NCBI GenBank assembly: GCA_007375595.1
Contig: VMEP01000001.1
Location: 415,184-479,183 of the forward strand
Length of the DNA stretch: 64,000 bases
Source of the DNA: Parcubacteria group bacterium LiPW_30
GTDB lineage: Bacteria; Patescibacteriota; Minisyncoccia; Phycocordibacterales; VMEP01
Direction: 5' to 3'
Both the position numbers and the translations under genes were made by a program. A model generated the notes under the pieces. The model did no database searches. It saw only the letters and a program-made list of their open reading frames with translations, and was not told the DNA's origin. This document shows positions 26,484 to 35,767 of the stretch, in pieces (the first letter of the stretch is position 1; each line of letters starts with the position of its first letter).

Positions 26484-28902
26484 TGGCTTCCGAGGGATTC
26501 TCAAACCTCAAGACCTAATCCTTACAGAAAAAGGAGACTCAAATCCGCACTCACTTGTTTTGTACGGACTCAATAGTTCTGGTAAAACTTCTTTCGTTGA
26601 CGGCATTGAGTGGTTTTTATCCGAAGAGAATAAGGTTGAATGGCTCACGCGTGAAGATGCCGAAGAGAAAGCCTACCCCCATTTAGCAGCCGACTCCAAA
26701 AAGGTTGAGAGCTTTGTAGAGTTGCAGTTCAATGACACAGACAAAAAGTTAGATTCTCTTCGCAAGACATACAGTCACAAAAAGATAACGCAACCCACAC
26801 TATCGTCCGAGAGTGATTTTGAAAACGTTTATAAGGTGTTCGTGATAAAGCCTTATCTTCGTTATCTGGAAGTTATAGATTTCGTTTATAACCACACGGG
26901 GCTAAAGAAGTATCAAAGGCTCGCGAATTGGATGGGATTTGAAAGTGAGCAGGCATTTCAAGAAAAGCTCGCCCTAAAGATACTCCCAGAGCTGAAAAGA
27001 AGAAAAGAAGAGTTATCAAATACCGTCGAAACTCTCGGCAGTCATCTATCGCGACTGACAGGAAGCAGCGACATATCGGAAATAGAGATTTTGAGAGTAA
27101 GTAATGGGATTTTAGCCTTGCATAAAATCGCCGAAAAGAAGAACGTTAGTGAGCTTATGGATTACATTCCAGAGTTTGCAAAGCTCCGTGCTATCTCCTC
27201 TGTAGGAATCACGGTAGATAAACTTACCCAAGCAGAAACCAATATTAGCTTGTTTGCTATAAATAAGACACTTCTTGAATCTCTTGCGGATGCAAAGAAA
27301 AAAGTTGATGACTTTAGTAAAGAACTAAAGAAAATTGAACAGATTAATGTCATCGGACTCTACGATCAGGCTTTAGAGGTTTTGAATAAGCAAACAGAGT
27401 CGGCAACTGTTTGTCCTGTATGCGGCACCAGTTGGAAGAAAGATGAGCTGGTAAAACATATCCAAGACGAACTGGGGTTACTCACAAAGGTAAAAGAAGA
27501 CAAAGAAGCGCTTGAGCTAACAGTTAGTCGACTCAAATCGGCAGTAAGAACTGAAATAACCGCAACAGAGAGACTGGTTTCAAAATACGATGACGTTCAA
27601 AAAATAATTCCAGTTCTTACATACGAAAAGGTAAAATCGTATAAAGATGCTCTGTCCATAATGGAGAGCGGTTGGCTAACTAAACCTCTGGGCAGTAATA
27701 CTGAAATAACACTCACACAGGAACTTCGCGACCAGAGTGAAGAAGAGCAGCAACAAATACTAAAGACCATCACTGCTGAAAAGACGAAGATTCAGCCATC
27801 AGAGAAAGACATCAAGATTGCAGAGGATATTGAAAAACTGACTCAAATACGGACGAAGCTCATAGAAGTCAAAGATGCCGAAGCTGAACGGGAGTTTACG
27901 GAAAAGGAGATTGAAAAGTTCATTGCAGTAAGCAATAAGCTCGTCACTTTGATTCAAGAGAACATCAAGTCTCGATTCAATGAGATTTCCGAGCGCATTG
28001 GCAAATACTTTTCAATTTTGAGGAACGATAAAGATATAAAAAACATCGAGATTGTCTTGAACGAAGAAAAAGGACGTGCGGCGGGGCGTTCAGCAGAGAT
28101 ACAGCTCCACTACTACGATGTGACCGTAAAGCCCGCCTATAAAGTTTTGAGTGAGTCATTGTTAAACAGTTTGGGGTTGGCGGTGTATTTCACCTGCATC
28201 AAGCAGTTCAATCAGGACTGCAAGTTTATAGTGCTTGACGATATAATGAACAGCCTCGACATAGATAAAAGAGACACACTACTTGATTTGATTGAGCAGG
28301 AGTTCGGTGATTATCAGGTTATTCTTTTCACACACGATTATTATTGGTTTCAAAAGATATTGAGACGATTTCCAAAATGGATACGAAAGAAAATAAAAAG
28401 TTGGGGCTACGAAACAGGCGCCCTTATTGATGTTGCTGCAACAACTCAAGGAGAGATTGAGGAATGTCTGGCGGATGCAACCAAGATTGAGGATGCTGGC
28501 TGGAAACTCGGAAGATATGTTGAGAGCACGCTAAACGAGTTTTGCGAGAATCTGTGGGCAAAAGTTCGCTACCGCTATACAAAGAACGACCCGCCCGCAA
28601 TGGAAGAGCTATTTGATGCACTGTGCGGGCGCCTAAAAGACAAGCTGAACGAACACCCAGTAGTAAAACAAATACAGGAGGCTAAAAAATATGAACCTAT
28701 ACTGCGCAATTTTGTGTCTCACGCAAGAACAAATAGTGGCTCTACGGTTTCGCCTCAAGAGATAAAACGAGCAGCGAAAGAATGGTTCAAACTTGAGAGT
28801 CAACTTTGGTGTAACGACTGTAGTCAATTCGTTGAATATCATAAAACCAAATCGTCAATCGAATGTCACTGCGGGAAGTTGAAACTGGAGAAAGTAAAAT
28901 GA
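26455..28902 (+). CDS. Rad50/SMC-like ABC ATPase with zinc hook and C-terminal HEPN-like RxxxxH (RloC-like)
   Basis: Walker A GLNSSGKT, coiled coil with CPVCG hook, LSES signature, Walker B VLDDIMNSLD, FTHD, RNFVSH, C-terminal CNDC/CHCG. Confidence 0.8.
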   Translation: MLKVKKITLSGFRGILKPQDLILTEKGDSNPHSLVLYGLNSSGKTSFVDGIEWFLSEENKVEWLTREDAEEKAYPHLAADSKKVESFVELQFNDTDKKLDSLRKTYSHKKITQPTLSSESDFENVYKVFVIKPYLRYLEVIDFVYNHTGLKKYQRLANWMGFESEQAFQEKLALKILPELKRRKEELSNTVETLGSHLSRLTGSSDISEIEILRVSNGILALHKIAEKKNVSELMDYIPEFAKLRAISSVGITVDKLTQAETNISLFAINKTLLESLADAKKKVDDFSKELKKIEQINVIGLYDQALEVLNKQTESATVCPVCGTSWKKDELVKHIQDELGLLTKVKEDKEALELTVSRLKSAVRTEITATERLVSKYDDVQKIIPVLTYEKVKSYKDALSIMESGWLTKPLGSNTEITLTQELRDQSEEEQQQILKTITAEKTKIQPSEKDIKIAEDIEKLTQIRTKLIEVKDAEAEREFTEKEIEKFIAVSNKLVTLIQENIKSRFNEISERIGKYFSILRNDKDIKNIEIVLNEEKGRAAGRSAEIQLHYYDVTVKPAYKVLSESLLNSLGLAVYFTCIKQFNQDCKFIVLDDIMNSLDIDKRDTLLDLIEQEFGDYQVILFTHDYYWFQKILRRFPKWIRKKIKSWGYETGALIDVAATTQGEIEECLADATKIEDAGWKLGRYVESTLNEFCENLWAKVRYRYTKNDPPAMEELFDALCGRLKDKLNEHPVVKQIQEAKKYEPILRNFVSHARTNSGSTVSPQEIKRAAKEWFKLESQLWCNDCSQFVEYHKTKSSIECHCGKLKLEKVK

Positions 28903-29378
28903 CCTGGTATCAAAAGACGTTAAAGAAATACGGGAAAGAAATCCTGACAGGGGCAATCTTTTCTGTTATCTGTACACTCGCATTCCTACTCTGGATTTAT
29001 GGAATGGGTAAGACGTTCACATGGACAGATATCAGTCCAATAGATCCGCCTTCAATCTTTGTCAGATTTCTCTATAGCGCTCTTACATTTGTCACCTTAG
29101 GGCGAATTTTGTATGTCACAGGCTTTTACAAAGCCTTGTATCAAATCATTGGCGATTGGCAGTCATTCAAGGAGGCGAAAGTAATTATTTGGTTATTACT
29201 TATGGGCGCTATGTTCTTCGTGATTGTTCCTACTATCGTAGATATACTCAATGGCATTCTCTCAGTCGGATATAACTTGTTCGCTTTGATACTTTACGCA
29301 TTTCCACCAGTAGGCGTCTCATTAATCTTTTTTGTATTTTACTTCTATTTCAAAAGGAAACTCCGACCGATATCCTAA
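28899..29378 (+). CDS. Four-TM membrane protein coupled to the ATPase
   Basis: ATGA overlap with ATPase stop; four hydrophobic segments. Confidence 0.75.
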   Translation: MTWYQKTLKKYGKEILTGAIFSVICTLAFLLWIYGMGKTFTWTDISPIDPPSIFVRFLYSALTFVTLGRILYVTGFYKALYQIIGDWQSFKEAKVIIWLLLMGAMFFVIVPTIVDILNGILSVGYNLFALILYAFPPVGVSLIFFVFYFYFKRKLRPIS

Positions 29379-29412
29379 GGGGACTGTTATTTTTATCACT
29401 TTTTATAAAACT

Positions 29413-29874
29413 ATGAAATATTTTGCTTACGGATCAAATATGCTGCAGGGTCGTCTTGAAGACCAAAAGAATGTTCGAGACGAAAGCATTGGCTCGGTTC
29501 AGGACATAGGAACAGCTAGTCTGCCAGATTATCGATTGGTTTTTAATAAAATCGGTAAGAAGGATGGAATAAGTGGTAAGGCGAATATAGTTCAAGAGCA
29601 AGGCGCAGAGACACTAGGAGTTGTGTATGAATTGTCCAATGAGCAAATCAATCTTTTGGATAGTATTGAGGGAAAGGGCTACAAAAGAATTCCAGTTGGT
29701 ATTAATTTCAATGGCGAACAGCTTGAGATTGATACTTATGTTGCTCAAGCTAATAGTGTTCAAGAAGGACTATCACCAACAAGAGAGTATTTGAACTTTG
29801 TAATTCAAGGCGCTGTAATTCATGGCTTTCCAGAAGCGTACGTTTCGTTCCTCAGATCTATCAAAGTTCAATAA
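29413..29874 (+). CDS. Gamma-glutamylcyclotransferase family protein
   Basis: YFAYGSNM, ANIV, GVVYEL, LDSIEG.GY, P.REY, HGFPEAY. Confidence 0.85.
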   Translation: MKYFAYGSNMLQGRLEDQKNVRDESIGSVQDIGTASLPDYRLVFNKIGKKDGISGKANIVQEQGAETLGVVYELSNEQINLLDSIEGKGYKRIPVGINFNGEQLEIDTYVAQANSVQEGLSPTREYLNFVIQGAVIHGFPEAYVSFLRSIKVQ

Positions 29875-29925
29875 TTAGGGGCGCACGAGACGCGTCGTTC
29901 TGATAAACTAAGATTAGTAAAGGCT

Positions 29926-30012
29926 ATTACAAGTAACATCAAAACGATAAAAGAAAAGTGATCAAAAACCTTGTGGGGCTTGATGGTATAATTTATGAGA
30001 CCGAGGGGGTCA
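29926..30012 (+). repeat. Island repeat A, copy 3
   Basis: aaaaccttgtggggcttgatggtataatttatgagaccgagggggtca; partial fourth copy at ~30545-30570. Confidence 0.8.
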
Positions 30013-30035
30013 GTAAATTATCGTAGAATAATATA

Positions 30036-30482
30036 ATGAATGAAATAACACTTCACAATCAATGGGTCGTTAAAGCTCCGATAGATGACGTATTCAGAAT
30101 AATGACCGACTTTGAAAAATTTCCAGAACATTTTCCAAAGGTTGCCGAGGTGGTAGAGATTAAAAAGCGGGAAGGAGACTATCTCGAGATAGAAGCAATA
30201 GTAAGATCCTTCGGTAAAAAATTTCAGGTGAAAATGAAGACTCGAATTCTTCCGGGGAAAGGATTCATCTCAGATAATGATAGCTATCAGTTTGGGACTT
30301 CTGGACATGAAGAGGTGTTGTTATCTCCACACGCCGAAGGAACTTTGATTGACTATACCTATCAAGTCACTATTCATAAAAAATGGCTACGTATAGTTGC
30401 TGTGCCACTATTACGCTGGTATTCGATGAAATACTGGGAAAAAGCAGTTATTCAGGAGCTTAAAAAGATTCTGGAGAAATAA
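30036..30482 (+). CDS. SRPBCC/polyketide cyclase-like protein
   Basis: VKAPIDDVFRIMTDFEKFPEHFP N-terminal pattern. Confidence 0.75.
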   Translation: MNEITLHNQWVVKAPIDDVFRIMTDFEKFPEHFPKVAEVVEIKKREGDYLEIEAIVRSFGKKFQVKMKTRILPGKGFISDNDSYQFGTSGHEEVLLSPHAEGTLIDYTYQVTIHKKWLRIVAVPLLRWYSMKYWEKAVIQELKKILEK

Positions 30483-30590
30483 AAATGGGTGCAACCATAA
30501 CTACAAATATGTAGGTTTCAAAGAGTGGTAAAATAAAAATTTTAGAATAAAAATAATAAAAAGCCTTGTGTGGTTTTTGAAAAATAAAGT

Positions 30591-30842
30591 ATGGTTAAAA
30601 AAGAAATTGCTACTGGTACGATACATAAATTACCTGATGATTTAAAAAAGGCGCTTCTTTCCGCACCGCAGTCGCTAGTAACATGGGAAGAAACCACACC
30701 GCTTGCACGCAATGAATGGATTTGTTGGGTTACATCGGGTAAAAAAGCGGAGACGAGAAATATTCGTATTGAAAAAGCTCTTTCAAAGCTTAAGGGTGGA
30801 ATGCGTAGACCTTGTTGCTGGGCGGGCTGTACTCATCGCTAG
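30591..30842 (+). CDS. YdeI/OmpD-associated family protein
   Basis: LPDDLKKAL, TPLARNEWICWV.S.KKAETR, RRPCCWAGC. Confidence 0.85.
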   Translation: MVKKEIATGTIHKLPDDLKKALLSAPQSLVTWEETTPLARNEWICWVTSGKKAETRNIRIEKALSKLKGGMRRPCCWAGCTHR

Positions 30843-30917
30843 AATTAACACTCGTAATTTGTGATAAAGAAGTTGGTTATCTAACATTTTGGTTATAACT
30901 TTCGTTATAACGTCTAT

Positions 30918-31238
30918 ATGAAGAAATCATTTCTATACGCATCATCGGCTATTTTATATATTGTCGGTTTAGTTTCTCTTGTGAATCTTGCGGTTCATGC
31001 TCTACAAGATAAACCAGAAACTATACTCATTCCGATGACCATGTTGAGTTTGTTTGTATTATCGGCATCTATCATGGGATTTTTGTTTTTATCTGAACCG
31101 CTAAGTCTGCTTATAGAAAACAAAAAGCACGAGGCTGTTGTTTGCTTTGCCCAAATTGTCGGATTCTTTGCCTGTTTTGTCGCCCTTTTTATACTTTTAC
31201 TTTTCTTCAGTCCAATTCCTTTCCCGCAGGGTTTTTAG
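30918..31238 (+). CDS. Small three-TM membrane protein
   Basis: Three hydrophobic segments, LFVLSASIMGFL. Confidence 0.7.
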   Translation: MKKSFLYASSAILYIVGLVSLVNLAVHALQDKPETILIPMTMLSLFVLSASIMGFLFLSEPLSLLIENKKHEAVVCFAQIVGFFACFVALFILLLFFSPIPFPQGF

Positions 31239-31276
31239 AAAGTACATCAGACTAGAACTTTGATATAATAGTTTTA

Positions 31277-31411
31277 ATGAAAGTATATATTGCTGCGCCG
31301 TTATTCAACGAGTTTGAAAAAAATCGCAATGTCGAAATAAGTGAGTATTTGAATAGTGTAGGCATTTATACTTATTTACCCCAGAAAGACGAAAAAATCT
31401 ATATTTTTTGA
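31277..31411 (+). pseudogene. Truncated nucleoside 2-deoxyribosyltransferase-like fragment
   Basis: Translated by hand: MKVYIAAPLFNEFEKNRN...TYLPQKD, stop after 44 aa; upstream TATAAT. Confidence 0.6.
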
Positions 31412-31459
31412 TAAAATGTAAAAAGTATTAAAATAAGTAATAATCTTTAATGTATAAAA

Positions 31460-32152
31460 ATGTTTAATTTTACTTCAAAAATTCAAAAAGTTATTGCGAT
31501 TAACGACCTTAATGTGCGTATCGGTGAACCTTCAACAACAGCGAGTTCGTCTCCATTCCCGAAAGGAACAATTTTCGACGTTATAGGGTTTATTTCTAAT
31601 GGAGACACCGTACGAGAAAATTCTGTTTGGTATAAGTGTGATAATGGTAGTTATCTTTGGTCTGGTAACGTCAAAGTGATTGACGATGTACAAAAAATAT
31701 TAACTTCCCCTCTCCCGTATTTAGTTTGTACTCAAAAGTTTGGGGAACGCCCTGAGGTATATAAAAATTACGGATCTCCAAAGGGGCATAATGGACTTGA
31801 TTTTCGCACGTGGGTAAATAATGATCCGCATAATTTCAAGCAAGATGTTTTCTCTGTTTTAGATGGTAAAGTAACTGAGGCAGATTTTGATCAGGTATTT
31901 AAGGGGAACTTTATTCGTATAAAACATGAGAAATATGAATCAATTTACCTTCATTTATCTCGCCTAGATGTGAAAAGTGGAGATCTAGTAAAAGCAGGAC
32001 AACAGATTGGAAAGGCAGGGAACACGGGGTCAGTTAGCGAAGCCCCACATTTACATTTTGGAGTTCGCCCAATTAACTTTGATAAAAATAATGGCTATAT
32101 GGGGTATATAGATCCTAGTCTTCTTTTTGTCGATGAAATAAAATATGTGTAA
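31460..32152 (+). CDS. M23 family metallopeptidase with N-terminal SH3b-like domain
   Basis: LNVR...WYK..G.YLWSG domain; HNGLD, YLHL, GNTG, PHLHF. Confidence 0.88.
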   Translation: MFNFTSKIQKVIAINDLNVRIGEPSTTASSSPFPKGTIFDVIGFISNGDTVRENSVWYKCDNGSYLWSGNVKVIDDVQKILTSPLPYLVCTQKFGERPEVYKNYGSPKGHNGLDFRTWVNNDPHNFKQDVFSVLDGKVTEADFDQVFKGNFIRIKHEKYESIYLHLSRLDVKSGDLVKAGQQIGKAGNTGSVSEAPHLHFGVRPINFDKNNGYMGYIDPSLLFVDEIKYV

Positions 32153-32201
32153 TTCATGTTTTTGGTATTGATAACTATTTTTGAGATAACACAAAAATCA
32201 T

Positions 32202-32666
32202 ATGTCTTTAGAAGAAACACCTATAGAAAAAAATAAACACGAAGTAATGGAAAGCACAGAAGAAGAGTCTGATGTGATTGAGCGTTATGTTGATATTAGG
32301 GCAGAAGTTTTTCGTGTAGATATGACAAGAGAAGAAAGAAGTGATTTTGCTCAAAAAATTATTGACGTTGTAAAAAGTTTAAATGAATCAAAAAATATAG
32401 ACTCGTCTTTTAGGGAAGAAATACTACAGCAAATAAAAGCTGTAGAAGAACAATATTTGGCATTTAGAAAAGCAGTGGAACTGGTTAAACAATTAGAAAG
32501 AGAAAGCCGTGGTGGAATTCTTGTTCCTAATTTGTATGAACAAGCTGTGGAGGCTGGTAAAAAAGCAATTGAGGCTGGCGTTCCTGCCGATAACCTTAAT
32601 TCACTACGTGAAATTCTCAATGAATATTTGGCGACGGTAAGAAGGTTGGCAACGGGTCAAAAGTAA
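32202..32666 (+). CDS. Hypothetical helical protein
   Basis: 154 aa acidic ORF, host-like composition. Confidence 0.6.
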   Translation: MSLEETPIEKNKHEVMESTEEESDVIERYVDIRAEVFRVDMTREERSDFAQKIIDVVKSLNESKNIDSSFREEILQQIKAVEEQYLAFRKAVELVKQLERESRGGILVPNLYEQAVEAGKKAIEAGVPADNLNSLREILNEYLATVRRLATGQK

Positions 32667-32699
32667 AATAAAAAAAGATACTCGTTAGGAAAAAATAAA

Positions 32700-34619
32700 A
32701 TGGAACACGACCACTCAAATCATCACAAACAACCAGAATCACACAATAAACACGACGGGCATAATACAGTAGATTTTTTAAAGAAGTTTTGGATCTCTTT
32801 AGTTATTACCATACCCATCTTTTTTTATTCTGAGATGGCAAAAGAGGTTTTTAATATTCGTGGTCCCGAGTTTGATGGCTGGCAATATGTTCTGCTTGTT
32901 CTCGGATCAATTATTTATTTTTATTGTGGTTTAACATTTCTTCAAGGTGCTTATCGTGAATTAAAAGAACGTTTGCCTGGGATGATGGTACTTATTTTTA
33001 TCGCCGTTACATCTGCGTATGCGTATAGTGTCTTCTCAATATTTTTTGGGGGAATGCATGATTTGATGTTTGAGCTTGCTTCACTTATCACAATTATGCT
33101 CCTTGGTCATTGGATAGAGATGAAGTCGGTTATGGGCGCTCAGGGGGCTCTTAAAGAACTATCAAAGCTTTTGCCTGATAAAGCAGAAGTTTTTAGTGGT
33201 AACACAATTATGGTCGTCCCTCTTTCTCAACTTAAGGTTGGTGATATCGTGTTAATCAGACCTGGTTCTAAAGTTCCCACTGATGGAAAAGTTATTGAAG
33301 GTCAGTCAAGCGTAAACGAAGCTATTTTAACAGGAGAATCAAAACCTGTTCATAAAAATATCGGTAGTGCAGTTATTGCTGGTTCAATCAACGGCGAAGG
33401 AAGTCTTAAAGTGGAGGTTGGTAGTATTGGAGAAAAAACATTTCTCGCGGGGGTAATGCGGTTGGTCGCAGAAGCACAGGCTTCAAAATCACGTCTACAA
33501 ATACTTTCGGATCGAGCTGCTTTCTATCTTACTATAATCGCTATTGTTGGAGGTGGAATTACTTTTGTCGCGTGGCTAGCAGTTGGGGCTGGGACTATAA
33601 CTGCGGTAGAGCGTTTAGTTGCTGTTTTGGTTATTACTTGTCCTCACGCACTCGGATTGGCTGTTCCATTAGTAGCGTCAATTTCTACAACAATGGCGGC
33701 GCGAAATGGCCTTTTGGTTCGTGAACGAATAGCTCTTGAAGAAGCTCGAAAGATTGACGTGGTGTTATTTGATAAAACAGGAACACTCACGAAAGGTGAA
33801 TTTGGCGTTGTTTCCGTGACTTCTGATGAAGTGCTCGCGCTTGCCGCTGCCGTTGAAACGCACTCCGAACATCCGATTGGCAAGGCAATTTTAAAAGAAG
33901 CCCAAAAAAGAAATCTTCAGATTGGAGAGATGCGTGATTTTAAAACAATCGCTGGAATAGGAGCGGAAGCAAACGTTGATGGAGACACAGTGTTTGTTGG
34001 GCACCGTGGTGGCCGAGATATAGTTGTTGAAAAAAACGGTGAACAAGTGGGTGCGATAATAGTTGCCGATGTTGTTCGCCCCGAAGCAAAAGAAGCAGTA
34101 TTAAAACTTAAACAAGCTGGACTTTCTGTTTCAATGATTACTGGAGATTCAGAGGAGGTTGCAAAAGAGGTTGCAGAAGAACTTGGTATTGATGAATATT
34201 TTGCACGAGTTCATCCGGGAGATAAATCTGAAAAAGTTAAGTTGCTTCAAAGCAACGGTCGCAAGGTCGCGATGGTTGGTGACGGGGTAAACGATGCGCC
34301 AGCTCTTGTTCAAGCAAATCTTGGAATTGCTATTGGAGCAGGAACGAATGTTGCTATTGAATCTGCGGGAATAATTCTTGTAAAAAATGATCCGCGAGAT
34401 ATTTCAAAAATATTTAATTTATCAAGACTTACTTATAATAAAATGGTTCAAAATCTATTTTGGGCAACTGGTTATAATGTGGTTGCGATTCCGCTTGCGG
34501 CGGGAGCGCTAGCTTCAAACGGCATTATATTGCAACCATGGCTCGCAGCAGTGTTTATGTCTGTCTCTACAGTTATCGTGGCTATTAACGCTATGTTTCT
34601 TCGCAACAAAATATTATAA
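32700..34619 (+). CDS. copB: Heavy-metal P1B-type ATPase, CopB-like (CPH motif)
   Basis: His-rich N-terminus, TGES, CPHALGL, DKTGTLT, SEHP, GDGVNDAP, YN and MSVS in TM7/8. Confidence 0.88.
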   Translation: MEHDHSNHHKQPESHNKHDGHNTVDFLKKFWISLVITIPIFFYSEMAKEVFNIRGPEFDGWQYVLLVLGSIIYFYCGLTFLQGAYRELKERLPGMMVLIFIAVTSAYAYSVFSIFFGGMHDLMFELASLITIMLLGHWIEMKSVMGAQGALKELSKLLPDKAEVFSGNTIMVVPLSQLKVGDIVLIRPGSKVPTDGKVIEGQSSVNEAILTGESKPVHKNIGSAVIAGSINGEGSLKVEVGSIGEKTFLAGVMRLVAEAQASKSRLQILSDRAAFYLTIIAIVGGGITFVAWLAVGAGTITAVERLVAVLVITCPHALGLAVPLVASISTTMAARNGLLVRERIALEEARKIDVVLFDKTGTLTKGEFGVVSVTSDEVLALAAAVETHSEHPIGKAILKEAQKRNLQIGEMRDFKTIAGIGAEANVDGDTVFVGHRGGRDIVVEKNGEQVGAIIVADVVRPEAKEAVLKLKQAGLSVSMITGDSEEVAKEVAEELGIDEYFARVHPGDKSEKVKLLQSNGRKVAMVGDGVNDAPALVQANLGIAIGAGTNVAIESAGIILVKNDPRDISKIFNLSRLTYNKMVQNLFWATGYNVVAIPLAAGALASNGIILQPWLAAVFMSVSTVIVAINAMFLRNKIL

Positions 34620-34683
34620 CCATATCTTTGGCCGGATATATTTAACCAAAAAACAAAAAAGAGACCTTTAGTTCGGTCTCTTT

Positions 34684-35046
34684 TCAAGCCGCCTTTCGGT
34701 CGGCCCTTTCTCTTTCTCTATCCTCTTTTTCCCACTCACGTCTCATTTCTTCTTCAAGGTCTCGGAGACGTTCTGGGTATTCAGGGTAGTGGCGTTTTTC
34801 TACCCACACGTGACTTTTTTCTCCGTTTTGTTTCGATACGTAGACATAAGCCTCGTAGTAATCGCCAGGGCTTATGGATTCGTTGCAGTACGAGCAGTCG
34901 TGGTGTTGCCATGCGATTCGATCGTAACGACGGAGAAGACGAGTGTAGTTTCTGTATGATCGGTCATTGGCCTCAGATGGAGAATCCCAGCTTTGGATAT
35001 CTACACGAAGTGGTTTTGCCACTTCATGCAAAATGATTTCATGCAT
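34684..35046 (-). CDS. Hypothetical orphan protein with CxxC and charged tail
   Basis: AGGAG SD; HDCSYCNESI.PGDYY; terminator at ~34659-34684. Confidence 0.65.
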   Translation of the reverse strand: MHEIILHEVAKPLRVDIQSWDSPSEANDRSYRNYTRLLRRYDRIAWQHHDCSYCNESISPGDYYEAYVYVSKQNGEKSHVWVEKRHYPEYPERLRDLEEEMRREWEKEDRERERADRKAA

Positions 35047-35148
35047 GGTGGCTACTCCTAAAAAGAACGAAACTGTTCGAAAAACACTTTACCACAACAT
35101 CAGAAATTTAAAATTATGAAGAATCCCGCCGAGTATCGGCGGGATGGT

Positions 35149-35640
35149 TTAGGGCTTCTCCACGGGCTTTCTTTGGAGAAATGTTTTTGCTTTTTCGAGA
35201 ACTTTCAGGCCGTACCTTGTGACGGGCGAAAGGATTTCGCTGTCACCAAGCTCAAAGCGAACGCCAGAACGATTGGCTGTAGTTACGAACCAGTCAATCG
35301 TGAGAAAGGTGTACCCATTCCAGTCTTTTTCTGGCATCGTGAGCAAGGGCGTCGTCCAGAGATTCAACAGCCGAAGTCTGAGGCTTTCGGTCGTAATCCA
35401 AGACTGCTCACTTCGCGAGAAGGTGAAGCTTCCTGCACCAGGAAAGCCAATTCGTTTTTTATCGAGAATGAAACGAACGGTTTTTGTGTCGGTGTTGTTG
35501 TGCTTGGAGAACGGGCCATACTGGGGTGAACACTCGAAAATGTCCTCGCGGGCGATTAACCCATCAAGAAAATCATATTGAGAAAAGCTTTGTCCCAATG
35601 CCAAGATTGGCAGTGACGGTATTACAGCAATATCGTTCAT
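35149..35640 (-). CDS. Hypothetical orphan protein
   Basis: GGGGGG before ATG at 35640; hairpin atcccgccga-gta-tcggcgggat downstream. Confidence 0.55.
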   Translation of the reverse strand: MNDIAVIPSLPILALGQSFSQYDFLDGLIAREDIFECSPQYGPFSKHNNTDTKTVRFILDKKRIGFPGAGSFTFSRSEQSWITTESLRLRLLNLWTTPLLTMPEKDWNGYTFLTIDWFVTTANRSGVRFELGDSEILSPVTRYGLKVLEKAKTFLQRKPVEKP

Positions 35641-35767
35641 GGGTCCCCCCAAATTAAAAAAATGGAAAAGAAGTTACTGCCAAAACTTTATACTGATTAT
35701 GGATTGTTGTAAACACGAAATAAAAATCTTTTTAGTGGAATTTTATGTAAGTGATATAATTTTCGAA

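Larger units (their letters stand above)
22136..32152 (+). mobile_element. tRNA-Gln-adjacent defence/accessory island (right boundary approximate)
   Basis: Starts right after a tRNA; all genes on + strand; R-M, SIR2, HEPN-ATPase, pseudogene fragments and island-specific repeats; no integrase or attR seen. Confidence 0.6.

Noticed and set aside
24114-30570. Island repeat A as classical attC sites, CRISPR repeats or a coding remnant
   Set aside because: No RYYYAAC/GTTRRRY boxes or long palindrome; spacing is gene-sized; differences between copies show no codon periodicity and reading frames are interrupted
22136-32200. Prophage or integrase-bearing ICE at tRNA-Gln
   Set aside because: No integrase, phage structural or conjugation genes, and no duplicated tRNA-Gln 3' end found by eye
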